A DNA stretch of 64,000 nt, taken from IMG/VR virus record IMGVR_UViG_3300013723_000002. One strand, 5' to 3'. The DNA comes from a virus. The stretch's first letter is position 1, and every line of letters begins with the position of its first letter. Position numbers and translations under genes: made by a program. The notes under the pieces were generated by a model. That model was given only the letters and a program-made list of their open reading frames with translations, ran no database searches and had not been told where the DNA came from. Of this stretch, positions 53,964 through 61,006 are shown piece after piece.

Positions 53964-54034
53964 TGAGCGCTTTCCTCATTACCAAATATTGTTATATACG
54001 GTTCGGGGAACCCCGAACATTTCCGGCCTTTATT

Positions 54035-54110
54035 GGCTTGCCTATAATTTTATAGTCTATTTTTATAATTTAATAGGTTTATTTCACTATTCACCTATAT
54101 TTTTATAGGT
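54035..54110 (-). promoter_or_regulatory. Second copy of the operator/promoter block, upstream of early operon 2
   Basis: GGCTTGCCTATAATTTTATAGTCT (54035-54058) matches GGCTTGCCTATAGTTTTATAGTTT (62236-62259) at 22/24 positions. Further TAATAGGTTTA/TTATAGGTTTA repeats extend to 54113. Confidence 0.5.
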
Positions 54111-54166
54111 TTAATAAGATAAAGCTAGGATATTCCTAGCTTTATTTTTTTCGATTTGTCTATTGT

Positions 54167-56383
54167 TTATACAAGAGTGGTTTTCATACCTAGACCGCCA
54201 GTTAAAGCATGAGCTAAGGATCTGTCTTGAACATTCTGGCTAACTTTTTGTGGCTGACTACTCACTGCTACTTGCTTTTGCTGAGGTGCACTATTTTGTT
54301 TTTTCAGCATAGGTGGCACTACGGGCACTTTAAAAGGATTGGCCAGCGGTGCGCCTGTAGCCTGCGGTGCTTTTTGGCTGGTGGCTTTTGCACTTGGGCT
54401 AACCTTTTGTGCCTGTTTCGGCTTAGCGGCTGGTGCAGTTTGGCCAGTCGTTTGTGTGGTCGCCGTTTGTCCTGGTTTCCATTCCTTGGTTGCAGGTTTA
54501 AGTACAGTGACTTTCCCAGGCTTAATGCTTCCCTCCTGGCGTTCGATGGCAGCCATAATTTTGGCCCGTTCTGCTGGCGTATATTCTGACATACGCTTAT
54601 TACTACCTACGGCCGACAACACGGCGCGCTGGTAGGCTGCTGTGTTATTTTCATGCGGCGGCGCATATTTATAAATAGCATCATTTAGAGTCAGGTTTTT
54701 ATAATTTTTACCAGAAAAAATAAGATTCTCTTTTGCCTTCCTTCCCGCTTCAATCGTTGGAAAAGCTGCAAAGCGTTTAGAACCCTTATCCCCGGTTGTA
54801 CTATCTAAACTTAAATGGCCTTGGCTTTTTGTGAAATTACCCCGTTCAATATTACCTACATTTCGGTTACGCCAGTTCCAGTTACCCTGTTGTTTTATGA
54901 CTGAGCCATCTGCCAGTTCTACAATGTTATAACCCTTGCCTGCTTCCAGGACTTTAGTAATGGGGATTTCATTTTTAGGATTATAGGTAGACGGCGTGGC
55001 ACTACCGCCATCACTATAGCCCCCGCCAGATCCGCCGTAGGCTGGTGAGCCATCTGCATACTGGCGGTACTGTGGCAAAAGTACCCCTGCCCCTGTCTTA
55101 TAGCCTGCCAATGTAGCCAAAGAAGGGGAGGTCATCAGACCTTTCCAGCTATCCTGGGTATATTTATTAATACCGTCCAGTGTTTTATTCCAGCTACCAA
55201 TAATCTGACCCCCTAAATCCTGCTGTTGTAAACCTGCTGTCCAGCCTCCTACCTTCTCACCAATGGTTGCGCCGATAGTCGCGCCAGCAATACTACCTAC
55301 TGGGCCAAGTAAGGACCCGACTAATCCACCTGCAGTACCACCAATTAATCCACCTACACCGGAGGCCTTCTGTTCCTTATTTAGATTTCCCCATTCAGAT
55401 GCCAGTAAGCCGCCACCTACCAGTAAACCGATACCAGGGATCTTTCTGGTTAATTTAGTGAGTACGCCACCTTTACCCCGTCCACGGGTATTGTCTGTAG
55501 GTACTGGAATAACTGGACCATTGCGGCCCCCTCCCCCACCACCACGGCGGCTATTTTTAGCCCCTCCCCTACCTAAATTACTTAATAAACCAGCACCGGC
55601 CAGCAGCTTACCCAATAAGCTATTTTGATCCCGGTTCAATGCCTCTAGCATTTTTCTTAAAATACGCCGTTGTTCAGTCTGGTGCCGCTCTACCTGTGTG
55701 TAGTGCTCTGCCTGTTCAGTCGGTAACTGTTCATCCTTTTTAGGCTTAGCACGGCGATATAGCCATAAAGCGCCCCTGCCCATACTTTTAAATGCGCGGC
55801 CAGCTGGACTAACAATAGTATTTAATTCATGAAGTGCATCCAGTGTTGGATCTACGCCAGTTGTATCTGCATTTAAGCCTAAATTAGATCCATTTATCCC
55901 CTTACGGATACTATCTAAAAAACTCTTATCGTTTACGCCTGGTGCCCGACTAACAAAACGCCCAGCTGCATCCCTGGTTGCATTGATTGGATCATTAGAG
56001 ATAGTGGTAGATCTTGTTGGGGGATTAACTTCATGTTGGCCAGTCTGACGGGTACCGCCGCTATTACGTGTTATCTGCTTGCCCTGCCCGCCAGCACTTA
56101 CCACTGGATCTAATTTGGTAGTAGACCGGGTAACACTTCGACCATCTGTATTTACTGTCACTTTAACTGTTGGCCGGATCTGTCCAATCTTGCCAATTTT
56201 TTTTTCAATCCGGGCTACTTGGTTATAGCCGCGATTACTTTCTTCAGATCGCCGTACTAATAGGTTTTTTAAAATATTCAGGATCTCTGTTGTGTCTGTA
56301 TTGACACTACTAACCCCTTGCTGAAGCTCTTTCATGCGCCGTTCCCCTATGAGAAAGCCGGCACTGTCAAATTGAAGTTGCAT
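54167..56383 (-). CDS. Gly-rich membrane-spanning virion protein (738 aa), tape-measure-like or ejection protein with C-terminal NNPGNIR-type domain
   Basis: Headed by late box 56434-56453. N-terminal coiled coil, then basic Gly-rich tracts (RGGGGGGRNG), then a GxxxG-rich hydrophobic block (GLLVGGGLLA...GGLIGGTAGGLVGSLLGPVGSIAGATIGATIG). C-terminal RNRNVGNIE...FAAFPTIEAGR...YAPPHENNTAAY. Confidence 0.5.
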   Translation of the reverse strand: MQLQFDSAGFLIGERRMKELQQGVSSVNTDTTEILNILKNLLVRRSEESNRGYNQVARIEKKIGKIGQIRPTVKVTVNTDGRSVTRSTTKLDPVVSAGGQGKQITRNSGGTRQTGQHEVNPPTRSTTISNDPINATRDAAGRFVSRAPGVNDKSFLDSIRKGINGSNLGLNADTTGVDPTLDALHELNTIVSPAGRAFKSMGRGALWLYRRAKPKKDEQLPTEQAEHYTQVERHQTEQRRILRKMLEALNRDQNSLLGKLLAGAGLLSNLGRGGAKNSRRGGGGGGRNGPVIPVPTDNTRGRGKGGVLTKLTRKIPGIGLLVGGGLLASEWGNLNKEQKASGVGGLIGGTAGGLVGSLLGPVGSIAGATIGATIGEKVGGWTAGLQQQDLGGQIIGSWNKTLDGINKYTQDSWKGLMTSPSLATLAGYKTGAGVLLPQYRQYADGSPAYGGSGGGYSDGGSATPSTYNPKNEIPITKVLEAGKGYNIVELADGSVIKQQGNWNWRNRNVGNIERGNFTKSQGHLSLDSTTGDKGSKRFAAFPTIEAGRKAKENLIFSGKNYKNLTLNDAIYKYAPPHENNTAAYQRAVLSAVGSNKRMSEYTPAERAKIMAAIERQEGSIKPGKVTVLKPATKEWKPGQTATTQTTGQTAPAAKPKQAQKVSPSAKATSQKAPQATGAPLANPFKVPVVPPMLKKQNSAPQQKQVAVSSQPQKVSQNVQDRSLAHALTGGLGMKTTLV

Positions 56384-56433
56384 TACTTAAAACCTGTGCT
56401 ATTTATCCTGGTAAATGTTGGCACGGCGTATGA

Positions 56434-56453
56434 GAGCGATTTTTAATTGTTCC
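56434..56453 (-). promoter_or_regulatory. Late box (GGAACAATTAAAAATCGCTC) upstream of the 738-aa gene, inside the early arm
   Basis: GGAAC lies 70 nt upstream of ATG 56383, directly after the T-run of terminator 56458-56490. Confidence 0.5.
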
Positions 56454-56457
56454 AGGC

Positions 56458-56530
56458 AAAAAAAACCAGGTACTAAAATGGTGTACCTGGCCTTATTCAA
56501 GATCTGATACCGGGGAAAGTGGCATCAGGA
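56458..56530 (-). ncRNA. Candidate sRNA 2 (~70 nt)
   Basis: Minus strand TTGTGT (56560-56565)-17nt-TATATT (56537-56542). Hairpin CTGATGCC..GGTATCAG, then terminator CCAGGTAC..GTACCTGG+T8. Confidence 0.3.
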
Positions 56531-56568
56531 AAACAAAATATACGTTATTTAACGCTATTACACAATTA

Positions 56569-56600
56569 CATTTTTACGCTTTAGCGTCTTTACACCATAG
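56569..56600. promoter_or_regulatory. TTTACGCTTTAG box pair between the two candidate sRNAs
   Basis: catttttacgctttagcgtctttacaccatag. Confidence 0.3.
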
Positions 56601-56604
56601 ACCA

Positions 56605-56695
56605 AAAGAAAAAGGCTGGACCTATGAATAGATCCAGCCTTCTCTCGCCAATGCTCGCCTTGGAAGAAATCCCCGCAGATTTCTTATCTCGCCAC
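56605..56695 (-). ncRNA. Candidate sRNA 1 (~90 nt) with its own sigma70-type promoter and intrinsic terminator
   Basis: Minus strand TTTACA (56726-56731)-18nt-TATAAT (56702-56707). The transcript contains three GGCGAG motifs, the hairpin AGAAATC/GATTTCT and the terminator GGCTGGATC..GGTCCAGCC+T-run (56604-56638). No ORF. Confidence 0.4.
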
Positions 56696-56726
56696 CTGGC
56701 CATTATAAAATTAAAAACATTTTAAT

Positions 56727-56757
56727 GTAAATACACCTTTTCTCTTTTACGCTTAAC
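56727..56757. promoter_or_regulatory. TTTACGCTT box next to the sRNA-1 promoter
   Basis: gtaaatacaccttttctcttttacgcttaac. Confidence 0.3.
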
Positions 56758-56779
56758 AAAAACCCGTTCACTACGGGCC
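56757..56779 (-). terminator. Terminator of early operon 1
   Basis: Minus strand CCCGTagtgaACGGG followed by TTTTTG. Confidence 0.65.
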
Positions 56780-56798
56780 TTTTGTACTACATAAGGGA

Positions 56799-57122
56799 TT
56801 AAGAAGGGTCGTGAGTTTTAAGGGCCAGCTCTATATGCTTGATACGTTCCAATAGCGCTGGTGTTGGAGAATCAGCAGCCAAAGTACGATAGTAATGAAG
56901 CAGGGCACCTAAAAGATTTTCACTTTTAATGCCGTCATTATCTATCTGTATAGATTGCTGACTTCCATCTTCTGATAAAAACTCGTAACTACCTGGGCTT
57001 ACATAAATATGCTGTCCCTCCTGAACGCCGGTCACATTTACATAAACTTTTTGATTATCCCTTTCAAATATCTTTAGTCCTCTTACGTGTTCTGCTGTTT
57101 GTACATACACATCGAATGGCAT
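56799..57122 (-). CDS. Hypothetical early protein (107 aa), last gene of early operon 1
   Basis: Followed by intrinsic terminator 56757-56779. Confidence 0.5.
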   Translation of the reverse strand: MPFDVYVQTAEHVRGLKIFERDNQKVYVNVTGVQEGQHIYVSPGSYEFLSEDGSQQSIQIDNDGIKSENLLGALLHYYRTLAADSPTPALLERIKHIELALKTHDPS

Positions 57123-57293
57123 AAAACTACCCTACTTTTTTCTTAAATTAACGGCGCTTTCAAGGACTTTTTTCGCTGCAGCCGCACCGTTTTAGCTCAC
57201 GGATAATACAGTGCTAAACTGTCCTTTTCACGCAAAATTTGGTTACATGAAGCTAACATACGCATAAATAATTGAAACATATTGACCTATTTT

Positions 57294-58172
57294 TTAGTCG
57301 TTAATCTCCTCAACTTCGTCCAGGTCATCCAGGTCCTGATTCTGTTCAATTTCCATTTCTTCCAATGCTATACGGCGCTTCATTTCTTCTTCTACCTCAG
57401 CTTCAAACGTGCCGCTATTGATGTACTGTGTACGTTCTGTCATTGCCTTGTACTGTTCGCTCAAGCCAAGACGTGCCTGATCGAAAACAGTGTCATCGTT
57501 TAGCTTGCTCATGCGTGTTGATGTGACAGCTTCTTTCGTGTCATCCGGAGTAATGCCAAATAGGGCAATATCCATTTTCATTAATTTCAACGCCGTGTTA
57601 GATAGGCTATCTACATGGCTCACAATATCGGCCACCATCCTGTATTTACGGTGTGCTATTTCTTGCTCTTCACTTGTTAAATCAATTCTAAATGCGGCTT
57701 CTTTACTTTCGTATAGCCACTCCATTGTTTCCTCTGTCAGCTGGCCAATACGTCCAGCTCTACGCCGATGCTCCTGGATCACACCCGCCGTAGTTCTATT
57801 TTTATAGGCAATGTCATTTATAGCGGAGATATGTGGGTTGGATACATCCGAAAAGACTATAAGTTTACCGTATTGATCCATTTCGCCAATAACATTATCC
57901 GCCTGATATTTTTCATATTCTTTTTTTAATTCTTCAAAAAGCTCTCTTTGGGTTTTCTGCAAATTTCTATCGCTATTTCTGCAATATGCGCGTTTATTCT
58001 TAATCCATTTTTCTGATTTAGCTTTTTTTGCTACATAAGCGGGTGACGGCGTTTCTTGGCCAAGCAGTTGAGAAACAAGTTCACATAGATCCGCGTATGA
58101 AATTTTGTCATAAGCCTCCCAAAATTTACGCAAGAACCACCAAATTATGGGATCAAAACTTTTACCACTCAT
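57294..58172 (-). CDS. Hypothetical early protein (292 aa), acidic C-terminus; small-terminase-like or regulatory (unresolved)
   Basis: Start overlaps the stop of the HTH gene (ATGA). Charged helical protein. No firm motif. Confidence 0.5.
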   Translation of the reverse strand: MSGKSFDPIIWWFLRKFWEAYDKISYADLCELVSQLLGQETPSPAYVAKKAKSEKWIKNKRAYCRNSDRNLQKTQRELFEELKKEYEKYQADNVIGEMDQYGKLIVFSDVSNPHISAINDIAYKNRTTAGVIQEHRRRAGRIGQLTEETMEWLYESKEAAFRIDLTSEEQEIAHRKYRMVADIVSHVDSLSNTALKLMKMDIALFGITPDDTKEAVTSTRMSKLNDDTVFDQARLGLSEQYKAMTERTQYINSGTFEAEVEEEMKRRIALEEMEIEQNQDLDDLDEVEEIND

Positions 58173-58855
58173 ATATCTGCTTGGTCCTCTTCTAAAAATG
58201 GAGTATGCGGAATTTGTTGACCCTTCTCAGCGCGTATATCCGTGGCATATTTCACTGTTATCTCTCTATCCATACGCTCAATATGGTCAAAGATATTTAA
58301 TTCCATAATCCGGTTATGTCTGGCAACAGAAGTAGACAGCTGACGGCTATTTTCATCAAGTGCGGTGATGGCCTCTTTTAAATCGTCACTTGTAGAGCTA
58401 TGAAAAACCATATCGTTCTGATTTTCCCTAAAACGCTTAATCACCTCCAAGGCTGCATCTAATAAGAGTGTTGCCTGCATTTTAGGCATAACAGACACCT
58501 GTTTAGCCAACGTGTGGCCAATACGTTCAACAATTTCAAGTGCAGTTTCCCGTAGACCCTGAACAACAATACCGGCGCGTGAACATTCCAGATCTCTTTC
58601 TATGTCATTAGACATACCAAAGATAAAATCTAAACTTACGCCATATAAGATAGAAAATTTTAGTAGCTGGTAGACCGTAGGCATACGTGCCCCAGTTTCT
58701 ATTTCGCTTAGACGGCTTTTTTTGTTTCTATCTCCCCAGATCTCCTGGCAGACCTCTTGCATTGACATACGGGCGACTCTTTGCCGCGCACTCTTCAAGT
58801 TAAGTCCTATTACTCGCTGTAGCTGAAGTTCTGTATATTCTCTATTGCTTTCCAT
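58169..58855 (-). CDS. XRE-type HTH DNA-binding protein (228 aa) with extra C-terminal domain
   Basis: LKSARQRVARMSMQEVCQEIWG......LSEIETGARMPTVYQLLKFSILYGVSLDFIFG is an XRE-type HTH. Preceded by the TTTACGCTTT box cluster at 58883-58938. Confidence 0.65.
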   Translation of the reverse strand: MESNREYTELQLQRVIGLNLKSARQRVARMSMQEVCQEIWGDRNKKSRLSEIETGARMPTVYQLLKFSILYGVSLDFIFGMSNDIERDLECSRAGIVVQGLRETALEIVERIGHTLAKQVSVMPKMQATLLLDAALEVIKRFRENQNDMVFHSSTSDDLKEAITALDENSRQLSTSVARHNRIMELNIFDHIERMDREITVKYATDIRAEKGQQIPHTPFLEEDQADI

Positions 58856-58882
58856 ACATACCTACAAATAAAACACTTAAAA

Positions 58883-58938
58883 GCATTTACGCTTTTACTC
58901 TTAAAAGTATCAGCGTAAATACATTTTTACTCTTTAAC
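58883..58938. promoter_or_regulatory. TTTACGCTTT box cluster with perfect 9-bp inverted repeat ATTTACGCT/AGCGTAAAT, upstream of the HTH gene
   Basis: gcatttacgcttttactcttaaaagtatcagcgtaaatacatttttactctttaa. Confidence 0.35.
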
Positions 58939-59359
58939 GGCGATTAAGATAGGATTTTATGACGTTCATCACACCGATTGCGCTATAACACGTTTGAATG
59001 CGATAGCCATTTCTAGCAAGTGCAAAATGGTGAGGCAAGGTTACTGATTTTATACTTTCTCCCTTGGCCATTAAATCAATATGCAAACCATTAAAAGGTT
59101 CACTTCTTAAATTTAATCTTACATTTGCCATGTTTGAATCATGGCTAAACTCTAAATGATTTAATAAATGTTTCCCCTGGTGACGCTCAGCCTTAGCCCA
59201 GGCATGTACTAAATTTTGCTCATGATTCAAGTTAAATTTAGCTGTTGATCTCACTGGCTGTTTTTTAGTCTTACTTAGGCTAATAGCCTGCTTTTCCCCT
59301 GATTGCTTTTTCCCAGGATCTTTGTTTATCTCAGCAGGTTTATTTTTACGGCGGCTCAT
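58934..59359 (-). CDS. Hypothetical early protein (141 aa), basic N-terminus
   Basis: ORF in early operon 1. Confidence 0.5.
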   Translation of the reverse strand: MSRRKNKPAEINKDPGKKQSGEKQAISLSKTKKQPVRSTAKFNLNHEQNLVHAWAKAERHQGKHLLNHLEFSHDSNMANVRLNLRSEPFNGLHIDLMAKGESIKSVTLPHHFALARNGYRIQTCYSAIGVMNVIKSYLNRR

Positions 59360-59361
59360 AC

Positions 59362-59607
59362 TTATGACTCTAAGGCTGTATTCTTAACATGGGCTTTTGC
59401 AGCATGTATAGCATCATCTTCCAAGCTACTTACACGATCCTCCAACTGCACTAAAACACGGCCTTCTAATACTTTAATACGTTCATCATTTTTAACATTC
59501 TGACGGCGCTGATTTGAATAGAGCACCAATAGCAAAACACTGATGACCAGGCTTAAAAAAAGTAGCCCAATGAAAATTACCAATGTATTTAAATCTTCAA
59601 CCTGCAT
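59362..59607 (-). CDS. Small single-TM protein (81 aa)
   Basis: N-terminal hydrophobic helix LVIFIGLLFLSLVISVLLLVLY, followed by a charged helix. Confidence 0.5.
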   Translation of the reverse strand: MQVEDLNTLVIFIGLLFLSLVISVLLLVLYSNQRRQNVKNDERIKVLEGRVLVQLEDRVSSLEDDAIHAAKAHVKNTALES

Positions 59608-59656
59608 TTAAATATCCCCTAAAGTTGAAACCCGATTGTAGGCCAGATAAAAAAAC

Positions 59657-60082
59657 TCATGTTGCTAGTACGTCCACTTTATTTTTTGTGGCCAAACTAA
59701 CGCGCTTTTTAATATGCTCTAGCAAGACTAATTTCTTCAGCTGATTAGGCTCATAAATCTTTAATGAGCCCCTATCGTGAATTTCATAGAATTGGCCTCT
59801 ATCTTCAGTAATGTATTTACCATTATGTAGGCTGAAAAAAAGGGCCGGAGCTGGTGCCTGGTTCAAGATCTCGACAAGCCTTGCAATATCTATTTCTTCT
59901 ATACGGCGCTGGCTATCCAGTTCACGTAAAAAGTTCAATGCCACATAACCAGGTGCATTACCTGATCCCATATTTACAAAGCAATCTTGTTCAATATTCC
60001 AATGGGTACTGCATAATGGCGAGCGACTTAATACATGACGGCTCATAATTTTCAGTTCGTTTATAAGTTCTATAAAATCCAT
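59657..60082 (-). CDS. Hypothetical early protein (141 aa)
   Basis: AAGAGG RBS. Preceded by the box cluster at 60091-60152. Confidence 0.5.
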   Translation of the reverse strand: MDFIELINELKIMSRHVLSRSPLCSTHWNIEQDCFVNMGSGNAPGYVALNFLRELDSQRRIEEIDIARLVEILNQAPAPALFFSLHNGKYITEDRGQFYEIHDRGSLKIYEPNQLKKLVLLEHIKKRVSLATKNKVDVLAT

Positions 60083-60090
60083 GGTTACCT

Positions 60091-60152
60091 CTTTTTCTCT
60101 TTTACTATTAAGCGTATTTACTCTTTTACTTTAAAAAGCAAATACGCTTTTG
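60091..60152. promoter_or_regulatory. TTTAC(T/G)CTTT box cluster with perfect 10-bp inverted repeat AAGCGTATTT/AAATACGCTT, upstream of 59657-60082
   Basis: ctttttctcttttactattaagcgtatttactcttttactttaaaaagcaaatacgcttttg. Confidence 0.35.
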
Positions 60153-60154
60153 CA

Positions 60155-60418
60155 CTATTCAATTAACTTCTTTAAATCGCTTAACTTAATAAATCTATCT
60201 GTCATGTCATCTAGCTCACTGTTATAGCGGGTAGCAGTTTGCCAAGTGTCAGCTGTTACATGCAGCCGCGCATTATTACGGCGGCCCTGGGTAAAGTATT
60301 TGTCTATGCCAAAGTGCCAATAAATTTCTTTGGCTATCGCATCTGGACAAGCTGGTGCATTCTTAATGATGAATTTAGCCTGCTTAACCGTTATTTTTAA
60401 ACTCTCTAAAGTTTGCAT
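60155..60418 (-). CDS. Hypothetical early protein (87 aa)
   Basis: Coupled ORF (ATGxxTAA-type overlap at 60418). Confidence 0.5.
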   Translation of the reverse strand: MQTLESLKITVKQAKFIIKNAPACPDAIAKEIYWHFGIDKYFTQGRRNNARLHVTADTWQTATRYNSELDDMTDRFIKLSDLKKLIE

Positions 60419-60600
60419 TAGGCTGATTTTCCTTTTTTAAGGTTGGTATAGCGTTTATTGCGAATAGCTTTACAGTTCACACATTCCAGCTTATTCACAT
60501 AATGCAATTGATCCGGGCCACACTTTTTACAGGTCGCTTTAAACTGGGTTTTATTTTCAGCTACAGCTTCTAGTGCTAACTGGGTTTTGGTTTTAGACAT
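60418..60600 (-). CDS. Small zinc-ribbon protein (60 aa; CxxC-x14-CxxC)
   Basis: CKKCGPDQLHYVNKLECVNCK. The size and class resemble small phage Zn-finger regulators (Ogr/TraR class), but with no sequence-level proof. Confidence 0.5.
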   Translation of the reverse strand: MSKTKTQLALEAVAENKTQFKATCKKCGPDQLHYVNKLECVNCKAIRNKRYTNLKKGKSA

Positions 60601-61006
60601 TTTTAACTGCTCTCAATACAACATTTACTTCATCCGCATACAGCGCCAAGGCTTCAAGTTCAGGCTGAATATCCTTTAACCAGATCTGGTTAGCCTGCAC
60701 AATGGCATCAGTCGCGAATACTGGACTGTTAAACTTAAAATTCATTACATGCGGGGTAGGGCTTCTTACTTGATCCAACGTTTTAGCTTGTGTGGTGATA
60801 GTCACGCTCCAAGGTAATGGCTTATTACGGCCACGGCTTAGTAGTAGCTCTACACCGTTGCCTTTATAAAAACGTCTATAAGCCGCCTGGTTCGTGCTAT
60901 ATGAAAACTCGCTGCTACCCACATACTTGATAAACTTTTGCACTTCCAGCAGTTCATAACTAATCGTGATTAGCTTTCTTTGGGGCTTTGACACTTTACG
61001 CTTCAT
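60593..61006 (-). CDS. Hypothetical early protein (137 aa)
   Basis: Coupled ORF in early operon 1. Confidence 0.5.
   Translation of the reverse strand: MKRKVSKPQRKLITISYELLEVQKFIKYVGSSEFSYSTNQAAYRRFYKGNGVELLLSRGRNKPLPWSVTITTQAKTLDQVRSPTPHVMNFKFNSPVFATDAIVQANQIWLKDIQPELEALALYADEVNVVLRAVKNV

Noticed and set aside
54001-54040. A GC-rich palindrome and neighbouring sequence, checked as a possible tRNA, together with other GC hairpins across the window.
   Set aside because: There is no cloverleaf, no GTTCRANYC T-loop box and no acceptor/anticodon arrangement. No tRNA-like sequence was found anywhere in the window.
57123-57293. A 170-nt intergenic region between the 292-aa and 107-aa early genes, with scattered short complementary segments (AAGGAC...GTCCTT), considered as another sRNA or riboswitch.
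   Set aside because: There is no convincing promoter/terminator pair or extended conserved structure visible by eye. It is more simply a 5' leader with an internal promoter for the last early gene.
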